Part shown: piece by piece, positions 9,539-19,576 of the stretch
Layout: each line of letters starts with the position of its first letter
Numbering within the stretch: the first letter of the stretch is position 1
Origin: Nanobdellota archaeon
GTDB taxonomy: Archaea; Nanobdellota; Nanobdellia; Pacearchaeales; GW2011-AR1
DNA length: 64,000 nucleotides
NCBI GenBank assembly: GCA_038045825.1
Contig: JBBSXJ010000004.1
Span: 95,301-159,300 of the forward strand
Direction: 5' to 3'
Made by a program: the position numbers and the translations under genes
The notes under the pieces: model-generated
Databases searched by the model: none
The model's input: only the letters and a program-made list of their open reading frames with translations
What the model was told of the DNA's origin: nothing

Positions 9539-10978
9539 ATGGCTGATTCCAAAGGATTAACTGTTAAAAAGGATGAGAATTTTAGTGATTGGTTTACCGA
9601 AGTAGTTCAAAAAGCAGAACTTGCTGATATGAGGTTTAATGTTAAGGGTTTTTTAGTTTTTCAACCTTCTAGTGTTTTGGTTATGGAAAAAATGTATTCT
9701 TTCATGGAGAAGGCTTTGCAAAAGAAGGGACATAAACCTTATTGGTTTCCAACTTTGATACCTGAAAGTAATTTCAAAAAAGAAGCCAGTCATATTAGCG
9801 GATTTACTCCTGAAGTTTTTTGGGTTACACATGGCGGTGAAAAGGAATTTGAAGAAAAATTAGCTTTAAGACCGACTAGTGAAACTGCGTTCTACCAAAT
9901 GTTTGCTTTGTGGATAAGAAGCTACAAAGATCTGCCTTTCAAAACTTACCAAAGAGCTCAGGTTTTTAGATGCGAGACAAAAGCAACTAGGCCGTTTTTA
10001 AGAAGCCGTGAATTTCATTGGATTGAGACTCATTGTGCCTTTGCTACACAAGAAGATGCCTTGAAACAAGTTTATGAAGATATGGCTACTAGTAAAGAAG
10101 TTTTACATGATATCTATGGTTTGCCATTTATTATTTTTGAAAGACCTGCTTGGGATGTTTTTCCAGGAGCATCTAGAACTTTTGCTGCAGATGTTTTGAA
10201 TCCAGATGGGAAGGTTGTACAACAACCTTCAACTCATTTACTTAAGCATGATTTTGCAAAAGCTTTTGGAATTATGTATAAAGATAAAGATGGAGTTGAC
10301 AAATATGTTTACACTACTTGCTATGGTCCTGCTATTTCAAGAATTTTTGCAAGTGTTGTTATAGTCCATGGAGATGATAAGGGCTTGAGATTCCCTTGGG
10401 AAATTGCACCTTATCATGTTGTTATAGTGCCTATTGGGAATGATGATAAGTTACTTGCTAAAGCTCAAGAACTGAAAGAAAAGTTATCTGAGTTTGAGGT
10501 AATAGTTGATACTAGTGATAAGAGCCCAGGGGAGAAATTTAACACTTGGGAATTAAAGGGCATCCCTATTAGAATAGATTTAGGGGAAAAAGAATTAGAT
10601 GGTAAGAAGTTAAGCATATTTAGAAGAGATTTAAACAAAAAAGAGCATATTGCTGAAAAAGATTTGGTTAATTATATTGAAGAAATAAAAAAAGAGTTTA
10701 CTCCTAACTTGATTAAAGAAGCGGATAAAATATTTCATAATAGAATTGTTGATTCTAGAAATATTGAATCAATGAAGAAATCCATTGATGCTGGAAATAT
10801 TGTACGCTGTGGATTTTGTTCTACAGAAATGGATGGTAAGAAATGTGCTGAAATTATTAAGGAAAAAGTTGGTGCTGAAGTTCGTGGCACCAATCTAGAA
10901 GAAGAAAAAGCAGAAGGCAAATGTATTGTTTGTGATAAATCTGCTAAACATGTTGTTTATGTTGCAAGAAGCTACTAA
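9539..10978 (+). CDS. proS: prolyl-tRNA synthetase, archaeal/eukaryal type
   Basis: class II aaRS motifs, archaeal-type ProRS N-terminus and C-terminal zinc-binding domain; 479 aa. Confidence 0.85.
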   Translation: MADSKGLTVKKDENFSDWFTEVVQKAELADMRFNVKGFLVFQPSSVLVMEKMYSFMEKALQKKGHKPYWFPTLIPESNFKKEASHISGFTPEVFWVTHGGEKEFEEKLALRPTSETAFYQMFALWIRSYKDLPFKTYQRAQVFRCETKATRPFLRSREFHWIETHCAFATQEDALKQVYEDMATSKEVLHDIYGLPFIIFERPAWDVFPGASRTFAADVLNPDGKVVQQPSTHLLKHDFAKAFGIMYKDKDGVDKYVYTTCYGPAISRIFASVVIVHGDDKGLRFPWEIAPYHVVIVPIGNDDKLLAKAQELKEKLSEFEVIVDTSDKSPGEKFNTWELKGIPIRIDLGEKELDGKKLSIFRRDLNKKEHIAEKDLVNYIEEIKKEFTPNLIKEADKIFHNRIVDSRNIESMKKSIDAGNIVRCGFCSTEMDGKKCAEIIKEKVGAEVRGTNLEEEKAEGKCIVCDKSAKHVVYVARSY

Positions 10979-11830
10979 CTATCTTTTTACAAACATTTTT
11001 TCAATTGTATGATTATCATAAACCTTTGGCATCTTTCCTGTTTTAGCATATTGGTATAATGCTGCTTTTAAGATACCATTTACACTCGTAGAGACTACCA
11101 TTATCATTATTATTGCAATAACTAAAATAATTGCACTAGCAATTATGAAACTTATATTTTTACTCATTATTGCTAAAATCATTAAAACTATGAATGGCAA
11201 AGAAATAAGGAAGAATATGGCTCCTATGCTAAATTGTGCAGTAACATTTTCACCCCAGGTTTTTTTGAATAAATGGGTTGAGTGTTTAATACTTTGAATT
11301 GGCCCATATTTTTCAAATAATATTATTGGTATTGTAAAGAAGGTTATAAGATTCCATGCTGTGCCAAGCAGACCTGCACCTATTTGTGATCCAATAGCTA
11401 CTGTTTTAGAACGATTAGATCCTGATCTTTTTAATGCGGCTAAAATTGTTCCTACTAAGGCGCTTATGGCAGCCCATCCAAATAAAGAAAATATTCTTTT
11501 AGATGGACCTCTTAAACCATCTGCTAAAGTAGGATTTCTACCCGAGAATCTTATTGTTGCTGATGTAACAATTGCTGCTTGGAAGAAAACAGAGATAAAA
11601 TAAGCACATATTGTAATTATTGCTAGTAGAACAAGAGCCGAGAAATAACTTAGATTGCTACTGATTAGAGTTACTCCTAAGATTCCTAAAAAACTTAGAA
11701 CTGTTAAAATCCCTATAACTACAATGATGCTTATGGTTGCTAATATTGGATAGATTAATATTTCTTTATCATGTTTAATGACTTCAAAACTTTGTTTTGT
11801 TATTTTCCAGCCTGTTGCTATTTTACCCAT
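10979..11830 (-). CDS. polytopic membrane protein (hypothetical)
   Basis: several hydrophobic helices and glycine-zipper-like segments. Confidence 0.4.
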   Translation of the reverse strand: MGKIATGWKITKQSFEVIKHDKEILIYPILATISIIVVIGILTVLSFLGILGVTLISSNLSYFSALVLLAIITICAYFISVFFQAAIVTSATIRFSGRNPTLADGLRGPSKRIFSLFGWAAISALVGTILAALKRSGSNRSKTVAIGSQIGAGLLGTAWNLITFFTIPIILFEKYGPIQSIKHSTHLFKKTWGENVTAQFSIGAIFFLISLPFIVLMILAIMSKNISFIIASAIILVIAIIMIMVVSTSVNGILKAALYQYAKTGKMPKVYDNHTIEKMFVKR

Positions 11831-11893
11831 GTCATTATTTAGAATTAACCTTATTTAAATCATGTTAGAACGAAGATTTTTATATCTAAAATT

Positions 11894-13189
11894 GTGCTCT
11901 TACACATGGCTGAACTTAACTTTAAAGCAGGAGATATTGTTAGATTAAGACTTGCTCGTGAGGAGATTGAAGGGATAGTCTTGGAAAGTTATGATAATGA
12001 TGTTGTTTTGATTAAACTTAAGTCAGGATATAATATTGGAATTCCTAAAGAAAATGTATTGGATTTACATGTTATTGAAGAGTTTAAAGAAGTTAAGAAG
12101 AATGAAAAGAATGTTATCTCTAAAGATAAGAATAAGCCCTCTATTGGACTTGTGATTACTGGTGGAACTATTGCTGCTAAACTTGACCCTCGCACTGGCG
12201 GAGTTTCTTGGTTGACTGACACAAATGAATTTGCTAAATTCTATCCTAAGGTTTTTGAGAAAGCTAATGTGAAAAAGATTAGTGTGCCCTTTATGGTTGC
12301 TTCTGAAAATATGACTAGCGAGCACTGGATTACTATTGCAGAACATGTTAGAGAGATGCTTAATGATCCTGAAATTAAAGGTGTTATTGTAACTCATGGG
12401 ACTGATACTTTGCATTATACATCTAGTGCTTTGAGTTTCTTTTTACGTGATTTGAAGAAACCTGTTGTTTTGACTTTTTCACAGCGAAGTATTGATAGAG
12501 CATCTTCTGATGCCGAACTTAATTTAGAATGTGCTGTTGAAATGGCTCTTTCAAATTGTGCAGAAGTAATGCTTGTAGGACACGCAACTGAAAATGATGA
12601 TTATTGTTTAGCTTTGCGTGGGACTAAAGTTAGGAAGATGCATTCTTCTAGAAGAGATGCTTTCAAGGCTATAAATTGTGAACCCATTGCTAAAGTCTCT
12701 CCAGGCAAGATTGAGTTTTTATCTAAGTATAATGCTAGATCTGATGGATTGACTAAGATAGATACAGATTTTTCTGATAAGGTTGGTTTGATTCATTATT
12801 ATCCTGGTCAAGATCCTAGCATTTTGGATTATTATTTAGTTCAAGGATATAAGGGTCTAGTGATTGCTGCTACTGGTTTTGGTCATGTAGCTACAGGAGA
12901 TTCTGAACATTCATGGATTCCTAATTTAAAGAGAATGATTAAGCAAGGAGTTGCTGTTTGTTTTGCTCCTCAGACTCTTTATGGCAGATTGAATTCTAAA
13001 GTTTATTCTCCTGGTCGTGAATTGGAGAATCTTGGAGTAATATATTTGGATGATATGCTACCTGAAACTGCTATGGTAAAACTAGGTTATGTATTAGCTA
13101 AGACTAAGAAGCATAAAGATTTGGGAATAATAAAGAATATGATGCTAACTAATATTGCCGGCGAGTTGAACTCTCTACTTACTGAATGA
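11894..13189 (+). CDS. gatD: Glu-tRNA(Gln) amidotransferase subunit D (asparaginase-like)
   Basis: asparaginase motifs ITGGTIAAK and THGTDT; archaeal GatD N-terminal domain. Confidence 0.85.
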   Translation: MLLHMAELNFKAGDIVRLRLAREEIEGIVLESYDNDVVLIKLKSGYNIGIPKENVLDLHVIEEFKEVKKNEKNVISKDKNKPSIGLVITGGTIAAKLDPRTGGVSWLTDTNEFAKFYPKVFEKANVKKISVPFMVASENMTSEHWITIAEHVREMLNDPEIKGVIVTHGTDTLHYTSSALSFFLRDLKKPVVLTFSQRSIDRASSDAELNLECAVEMALSNCAEVMLVGHATENDDYCLALRGTKVRKMHSSRRDAFKAINCEPIAKVSPGKIEFLSKYNARSDGLTKIDTDFSDKVGLIHYYPGQDPSILDYYLVQGYKGLVIAATGFGHVATGDSEHSWIPNLKRMIKQGVAVCFAPQTLYGRLNSKVYSPGRELENLGVIYLDDMLPETAMVKLGYVLAKTKKHKDLGIIKNMMLTNIAGELNSLLTE

Positions 13190-13351
13190 TTTTATATGCT
13201 TTATAATTTTTTTAGTTACTTCTTTTCCCCACTCAACTTTATAATCTGTAAATATTATCTTTACTTTTTCATTAATACCTTTTATTATTTCTAATATGTA
13301 TTTTCCATTTTCCCATTTTTTATTAAGAATAATAAAAGAATTATCTGCCAT
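13175..13351 (-). CDS. possible small ORF / decayed gene (58 aa; upstream frame-shifted 26-aa piece)
   Basis: ATG at 13351, stop overlapping gatD 3' end by 15 nt; a second out-of-frame piece (MNPIKILNIYSKNLAGKIKESKNKID) lies upstream on the same strand. Confidence 0.2.
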   Translation of the reverse strand: MADNSFIILNKKWENGKYILEIIKGINEKVKIIFTDYKVEWGKEVTKKIIKHIKSFSK

Positions 13352-13690
13352 TTTATTTCTTACTAAATAATCTGCTTCTAAAATTCTTAATCTATTTTGT
13401 TTTTACTTTCCTTAATCTTTCCTGCAAGATTTTTACTATAGATATTAAGAATTTTGATAGGATTCATTTTTATTACCCCATCTATTTTTATCATTTAATT
13501 TAATATACTGTCTAATATATAAATATTATTAATGATGGGTTCTTGGCCACAAGAATTGGAAGACTTTAGTGCGTGAAAAGATGCTGGAGAATATTCGTGG
13601 AGAGTTTAATGATTTACTTACGGAGTAGTTGTAACTGTATAGAAGTTACAGATAGGAAGGTTTAAAAGGTATCATTTTTGTTTATTTTTT

Positions 13691-14794
13691 ATGAGTGTAC
13701 ATAGAAATAGAGAATTATATAATGCTTATCTTGACCGTTTAGATGGCTTAGCTAGTGGTAGAACTCCTGATGATCTGAAATCTATGACTAATAGAGTTTG
13801 GAATGTACTTATTGGTGATTATCCTGTTGATTTTGATGCATCTTTACTTAATGGACGTTCCGATTATGCTTCTAGAATAGCTACATTATTTACTACAGTA
13901 ACTCAACATCGTAAATCTCATAGAATACTAGAAGTTGGAGATGCTCATCGTGAAATGGCTACTGAACGTAGAGCCTACGATGCTTTAGATAAAAGTGTTG
14001 ACCTTCTTCAAGAATTTTTTATACCCAATGGACTTGTTGATACTCACCCTTTAAATGCTTTAGTTAAAGATGTATATCATCTTGCTATTGCATATGTTCA
14101 AACCGTTGTAAATATGGCTGTTGATGAGTACATTCCTTCTTCTAAAACTTTTGATGCTAAAATTAAATCCTCTCTTTTGGCAAGAAGAGCTTTTGAAGCT
14201 TATGCTTCTTATGATGGTACTCTTGAGAAGTTGGCAGGTGTGACAAATGTTAGACTTAATTTTGTTAGAAAATCTTTAGAAGATATAGGTAATGGCGATA
14301 AACTGAGAGATTTCGTACTTGTACAGGTTAAACCTAAAGATATTGCTCACAAGAAAAGGGCTATAACTCATTTACTTGAGACTATTCCTAGTGACTATTG
14401 CCCTGATTTTATAGTTCCTGTGGCTCAAGGAGGTATAGAATTAGGAGTTAGACTTGATTCTCATTATCATTCTTTAGGCCATAGACCTATTTCTTATCCA
14501 GTCATGTTTTCAGTTAAAACTCGTAGACAAATTAGACCTAGAATATTCCCTGATAAAGAATTTTTAGAACGATCATTTGATAAATCTCATCTTATTGCAG
14601 AAGATTGGATCACTACTGGAAAAACAATAGTAGGTTTGCTTGGGGAATTAACTGCTAGACAACCTAAAGATCTTAGAGTAGCTACTATAAAAAGAGATCC
14701 TGCAAATTTTGATAACAATATGTTGGGAAAGTATACAGTCTATTCTGGAGAAGTTATCAAATTTCAGAGTGGTGGAAGTCCAACAAGTAATTAA
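13691..14794 (+). CDS. hypothetical protein with C-terminal phosphoribosyltransferase (PRTase) domain
   Basis: PRPP-binding-type motif LIAEDWITTGKT in C-terminal third; N-terminal ~230 aa without match; amino-acid composition (Ala/Arg/Asp/Val-rich, few Lys/Ile/Asn) unlike neighbours. Confidence 0.5.
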   Translation: MSVHRNRELYNAYLDRLDGLASGRTPDDLKSMTNRVWNVLIGDYPVDFDASLLNGRSDYASRIATLFTTVTQHRKSHRILEVGDAHREMATERRAYDALDKSVDLLQEFFIPNGLVDTHPLNALVKDVYHLAIAYVQTVVNMAVDEYIPSSKTFDAKIKSSLLARRAFEAYASYDGTLEKLAGVTNVRLNFVRKSLEDIGNGDKLRDFVLVQVKPKDIAHKKRAITHLLETIPSDYCPDFIVPVAQGGIELGVRLDSHYHSLGHRPISYPVMFSVKTRRQIRPRIFPDKEFLERSFDKSHLIAEDWITTGKTIVGLLGELTARQPKDLRVATIKRDPANFDNNMLGKYTVYSGEVIKFQSGGSPTSN

Positions 14795-14845
14795 GATTGA
14801 TTTAAAATAGAAGATAATCTTTAATAATCCTGTTCTTGTTTTGGA

Positions 14846-16294
14846 TTGATGCATGATTATAAGAAACTAGGGTTTAAGGCAGGGCTTGAAATACATCAGC
14901 AGATAGATAGTCCTAAACTATTCTCTGGAGCTCCATCTTTTTTACGAAATGATGAACCTCATTATGTTATTGAAAGAAAGCTTCATGCTGTTGCTGGTGA
15001 GAGTGGTGGAGTTGATTCTGCTGTAAGTCATGAAGCTTCAATTGGAAAGACTTTTTTTTATGAAGGATATCGAGATACAATTTCGCTTGTTGAATTAGAT
15101 GAAGAACCTGCTCATGCAATTAATGAAGAGGCACTTAATACTGCTCTTACTGTTGCTTTGCTTCTTGATTGTGAAATATATCCTGTTACTCAGATTATGC
15201 GTAAAACTGTAATTGATGGATCTAATACTTCTGGATTTCAGCGAACTGTTTTACTAGCACATGATGGTAAGGTTGAAACTTCTTTTGGAGATTTAAGAAT
15301 TGCTAGTGTTTGTCTTGAAGAAGATTCTGCTCGTGTGATTTCTCGTGGGAGGGATAAGGTTGTTTATCGTTTAGATAGATTGGGAATTCCTCTTGTAGAG
15401 ATTGCAACTTATCCTGATTTACATAATCCTGAACAAGTTAAAGAATGCGCTTTGAAGCTTGGAGAAATATTGCGTGCTTGTAATGTTAAAAGGGGAATTG
15501 GAACTATACGTCAGGATGTTAATGTTTCAGTTAAAGGACATGATAGAGTAGAGATAAAAGGATTTCAGGATCCAAAAATGATGATTAAAACTATTGATAT
15601 TGAAATTGATAGGCAGCTTTTGAATGTTAAGAATAATAAAACTACTGGAGATGTTAGAAATGCTAAAGAAGATGGAACAAGCGAGTTTTTGAGACCAATG
15701 CCTGGCGCTGATAGGATGTATCCTGAAACTGATTTGGCTTTACTTAGGCTTGGAAGGCAGAGAATTGACCATTTGAAGAAACACTTGCCTAAGTTAAGGA
15801 CAGATATGCGCGCTGAACTTGAGAAGAAAGGAGTTTCTGAGGATTTAATTGAATTGGTTTTGGATGATTCTGAAATTTTGGATGAGTTTCATACTTTACT
15901 TGATATTTATCCAATGGATGCTAACTTAATTGCAAAAATGGTTACTTTATGGAGACAGGAATTTGCAACTAAGACAAAGAAAACTTTGATGCAAATCCGG
16001 TCTGTTTTAAATGAAAGTGTCTATGCTGAAGTATTAAGGGCACTTGCTGATGAGGATATTGTTTCTAGTGATGTTAAACCTGTTCTTGCAAAAGTGCTTG
16101 AAGGTTCTGATGTCAATGATGCTTTGAAAATTGAAAAAATTGATGATAATGAGATTGAGAAAGAAATTCGTTTATTAACCAAGGAAAAACCTGGAATGCG
16201 TGCTAATGCTTATATGGGAATGTTAATGGCTAAATTCAAAGGAAAATTAGATGCTAAGAAGGCTATGGAATTGATAAACGGAGTTATTGGTTAG
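14846..16294 (+). CDS. gatE: Glu-tRNA(Gln) amidotransferase subunit E
   Basis: GLEIHQQI motif, GatB/E catalytic core; archaea-specific partner of gatD; shorter (482 aa) than typical GatE. Confidence 0.75.
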   Translation: MMHDYKKLGFKAGLEIHQQIDSPKLFSGAPSFLRNDEPHYVIERKLHAVAGESGGVDSAVSHEASIGKTFFYEGYRDTISLVELDEEPAHAINEEALNTALTVALLLDCEIYPVTQIMRKTVIDGSNTSGFQRTVLLAHDGKVETSFGDLRIASVCLEEDSARVISRGRDKVVYRLDRLGIPLVEIATYPDLHNPEQVKECALKLGEILRACNVKRGIGTIRQDVNVSVKGHDRVEIKGFQDPKMMIKTIDIEIDRQLLNVKNNKTTGDVRNAKEDGTSEFLRPMPGADRMYPETDLALLRLGRQRIDHLKKHLPKLRTDMRAELEKKGVSEDLIELVLDDSEILDEFHTLLDIYPMDANLIAKMVTLWRQEFATKTKKTLMQIRSVLNESVYAEVLRALADEDIVSSDVKPVLAKVLEGSDVNDALKIEKIDDNEIEKEIRLLTKEKPGMRANAYMGMLMAKFKGKLDAKKAMELINGVIG

Positions 16295-16324
16295 TTTTTT
16301 AAATAGGGTTTTTGTGGTTTTTAT

Positions 16325-17386
16325 ATGGGTTCGATAATACATTCTGTTGGAACTTCTGCAGGAGAAAGATCTCTAACAAATAATGATTTGGAGAGGATAT
16401 TGAGGGCCAGTGGTCAAGAGACAAATGATGAGTGGATAGTTCAGAGAACCGGTATTAGAAACCGTATGGTTTCTCCTAATCAAGATATAGGACAATTAGC
16501 AGTTAGTGCTAGTCAAGGTGCAATTGAAAATTTATATCTAAATATTCGCCCAATACAGCATATTATTGTATCTACTAATACTCCAAGAAATGCTTTCCCT
16601 AATATTGCAGGCTATGTTCAAGACAAATTATCCTTCTCTCATCCATCGTTAATTGAAGATGGAGCATCGGGAGTTGATATTGGGGCAGGTTGCGGTGGTA
16701 TAAATTTTGCTCTTATGCATGCTGATAAGTTGATAGAAGGGCGACAGTTCAATACTGTTTTGGTTATAGGTGTTGAAAAACTTTCAAATGTTACTAATTA
16801 TGCAGATAGATCGACAGCCATATTATTTGGAGATGGAGCTTCCGCTTATATTTTAGGTGCTGGAGCTAATGAGGTGGGTTTTGTTGGTCATCACTCTAAG
16901 GGAAGTGGAAAAGACAGAAATTTGATTAAATGTTTGGATAAGCCTAAAGTTGATTTAGAAAGTGCTTTAGATATACTAGATAATGGGGCTAAGCCTAGAA
17001 TGGTGGTAGGTTCAGTTTTAGAAATGGATGGAAAAAGAGTTTTTACATATGTAATAAATCAATGGGAAGAACTTATATCTAAACTCAAAGATTTGAAGTT
17101 CAATCCACAAGGGATTTCTTATGATGAAATTTTTCATATTGCTCCTCATTTAGCTAACTTAAGGTGTTTAGAAAATGTTGATGAACGTTATCCTGGATTT
17201 TTACAAAAATGTAGACTAGTTACAGATACAGATTTGGCTAACTTTCATAATACTTCAACTGCTTCTCAGGGAAGAAGAGTTAAACAATTTGTAGAGGAGG
17301 CTGAGCCTGGAAGTTATTTGCTTAGTTTCGGTTATGGTGCAGGTTTACAATCTTGTGCAAATCTATATAGAAAACCATTTGCATAA
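16325..17386 (+). CDS. fabH: FabH-like 3-oxoacyl-ACP synthase III (thiolase-fold condensing enzyme)
   Basis: NDEWIVQRTGIRNR, catalytic Cys in GAGCGG, ILFGDGASA, His in APHLANLR, Asn in HNTSTAS. Confidence 0.65.
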   Translation: MGSIIHSVGTSAGERSLTNNDLERILRASGQETNDEWIVQRTGIRNRMVSPNQDIGQLAVSASQGAIENLYLNIRPIQHIIVSTNTPRNAFPNIAGYVQDKLSFSHPSLIEDGASGVDIGAGCGGINFALMHADKLIEGRQFNTVLVIGVEKLSNVTNYADRSTAILFGDGASAYILGAGANEVGFVGHHSKGSGKDRNLIKCLDKPKVDLESALDILDNGAKPRMVVGSVLEMDGKRVFTYVINQWEELISKLKDLKFNPQGISYDEIFHIAPHLANLRCLENVDERYPGFLQKCRLVTDTDLANFHNTSTASQGRRVKQFVEEAEPGSYLLSFGYGAGLQSCANLYRKPFA

Positions 17387-17408
17387 TGCTTAAAAAAGCA
17401 GTTTCTTA

Positions 17409-18728
17409 ATGTTTGATATGGATTATTGGAAGAAACTTGTTGAAAGGAAAATGATTTCTGATGTTGATGTTAAGACAACTAGCGCTGTTGTTGCAGGATG
17501 GGTTTATGATCAACGTGATCTTGGAAAAATTAGATTTCTTGTACTTAGGGACTTTTCTGGAGAGATGCAAATAATTGCTCATAAAGATAAAGCTTCTAAA
17601 GAAGTTTTTGATTTAATGCAGAAAGTTTCTCGTGAGAGTGTTGTATTAATTTCTGGTAAAGTTCAGAAGAGTGATAAAGCTCCAGGGGGGAGAGAACTTG
17701 TTGCAGAACATTTTGAAGTTTTAAGTGTCGCTGAGAGTCCTTTGCCTATCGATGTTTCTGACTTTTCCAAGACTGAATTACCTAAGAGACTTGATTATAG
17801 ATATGTTGATTTTCACAGAAGAAGAACTCAGGCTATTTTCAAGATACAAAGTACAATATCTATTGCTTTTAGGGATTTTTTCTCTAAAAATAGATATATT
17901 GAAATGCAACCTCCTTGCTTGATTGGAGTTGCTTCTGAAGGAGGAGCTGACGTTTTCAAAGTAAAATATTTTGAACGTGAAGCTTGTCTTGCTCAAAGTC
18001 CTCAATTGTATAAAGAAATGGTTGCTTGTTCGATGGAGAAGACTTTTATGATTACTCCTGTTTGGAGAGCTGAAAAACATAATACTATACGCCATATAAA
18101 TGAGATTCGTCAAATGGATATTGAATGTTCTTTTATGAATCAGATGGATGTAATGAAGATAGAAGAAGAATGTGTTAAACATGTTGTTTCTGAAATTATA
18201 AAGAAAAATAAATCTGAGATTGAATTGCTCGGATTGAAGTTAAAAGTTCCTAGTGCCAAATATGTTTCTTATGATGAGACTATATCTTTACTTAAGAAGA
18301 ATGGAATTAGTATTTCTTCTGGTGATGATTTAAATCCTGAAGCTGAAAAGAAACTTGGAGAGCTTTATCCTGATACTCTTGTTTTTGTACATTCATGGCC
18401 TTCATCTCTTAAGCCGTTTTATATAATGCCTAAAGATGGGAATGCTGATTCAGATTATTCTGAAGGATTTGATTGCGTTTATAGAGGATTGGAAATAACT
18501 TCTGGTGGGCAGAGAATTCACACTCCTGATTTATTACTAAAAAGAATAAAACATAAGGGAATGAAAACAGATGGTTTAATGGATTATGTTAATTCATTCA
18601 AGTATGGATCTCCTCCACACTCTGGCTGGTCAATTGGTCTAGAGAGATTTACAATGTTAATCTGTGAATTAGATAACGTTAGAGAGGCTACAATGTTCCC
18701 TCGCGATAGAGATAGATTGACGCCTTAA
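17409..18728 (+). CDS. aspS: aspartyl-tRNA synthetase, archaeal type (probably non-discriminating)
   Basis: N-terminal OB anticodon-binding domain, class IIb core, C-terminal FPRDRDRLTP. Confidence 0.85.
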   Translation: MFDMDYWKKLVERKMISDVDVKTTSAVVAGWVYDQRDLGKIRFLVLRDFSGEMQIIAHKDKASKEVFDLMQKVSRESVVLISGKVQKSDKAPGGRELVAEHFEVLSVAESPLPIDVSDFSKTELPKRLDYRYVDFHRRRTQAIFKIQSTISIAFRDFFSKNRYIEMQPPCLIGVASEGGADVFKVKYFEREACLAQSPQLYKEMVACSMEKTFMITPVWRAEKHNTIRHINEIRQMDIECSFMNQMDVMKIEEECVKHVVSEIIKKNKSEIELLGLKLKVPSAKYVSYDETISLLKKNGISISSGDDLNPEAEKKLGELYPDTLVFVHSWPSSLKPFYIMPKDGNADSDYSEGFDCVYRGLEITSGGQRIHTPDLLLKRIKHKGMKTDGLMDYVNSFKYGSPPHSGWSIGLERFTMLICELDNVREATMFPRDRDRLTP

Positions 18729-18729
18729 A

Positions 18730-18948
18730 ATGGAAAATGATAAAATAAAATCTGAAGCTCGCGAATTACTTGATAAATTTGGAAAAGATTTGAAAAATGT
18801 TAAGATTTCAAAATCTCTTAAGAATTCTGGTGATTTGAGAAATGAAAAAAGTGGTGAAAAATGTGATATCAAATTTAGAGCAATAATGTTTAAAAATGCT
18901 AAGCGCAAGAATGATTCGTACCTTTTGCTGGAAAAAGGTTCTTGGTAA
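18730..18948 (+). CDS. hypothetical small protein
   Basis: 72-aa ORF abutting aspS stop and overlapping next gene start; no domain recognised. Confidence 0.25.
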   Translation: MENDKIKSEARELLDKFGKDLKNVKISKSLKNSGDLRNEKSGEKCDIKFRAIMFKNAKRKNDSYLLLEKGSW

Positions 18949-19568
18949 TTAATATGAATCAAAACATAAATCATAACATTAATCATGTACACAATGGAAC
19001 TTTAGTTGGTAAGAAAGCTCCGGACTTTATGGCTCATGCTTATCATGATAACAAGTTTAAGGATATTAAGCTAAGTAATTTGAAAGGCAAATGGGTTGTT
19101 CTTGCTTTTTATCCAGGTGATTTTACTTTTGTATGTCCTACTGAATTGAGTAGATTTGCTGATTTACATGGAGAATTTAAGAAATTTAATGCTGAAATAT
19201 TAAGTGTAAGTACAGATAGCGAACATGTTCACAAAGCATGGGCTGACACTTCTCAATCTATCAAGAAAATACAATATCCAATGCTTGCAGATAATTCTGG
19301 AAAAATAGCTAAGTTATATGGAGTTTACATTGATTCTGGTGTGGATGAGGGTCGCTCTTTACGTGCAACTTTTATAATTGATCCTGATGGAATTATTAGA
19401 TCTGCTGATGTTCATGATAACTCTATTGGGAGAAGTGTTAAAGAAATATTGAGAAAGTTGCAGGCTGCTAACTATGTTAGACAACATGGCGGAGAAGTTT
19501 GTCCTGTTGAATGGGAAGTTGGTTCTAAGACTTTAAAACCTGGAATTAATCTTGTTGGAAAGATTTAA
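18942..19568 (+). CDS. ahpC: 2-Cys peroxiredoxin (AhpC/Prx1 type)
   Basis: FYPGDFTFVCPTEL peroxidatic Cys motif; resolving Cys in GEVCPVEW. Confidence 0.85.
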   Translation: MVINMNQNINHNINHVHNGTLVGKKAPDFMAHAYHDNKFKDIKLSNLKGKWVVLAFYPGDFTFVCPTELSRFADLHGEFKKFNAEILSVSTDSEHVHKAWADTSQSIKKIQYPMLADNSGKIAKLYGVYIDSGVDEGRSLRATFIIDPDGIIRSADVHDNSIGRSVKEILRKLQAANYVRQHGGEVCPVEWEVGSKTLKPGINLVGKI

Positions 19569-19576
19569 TTTTTATA

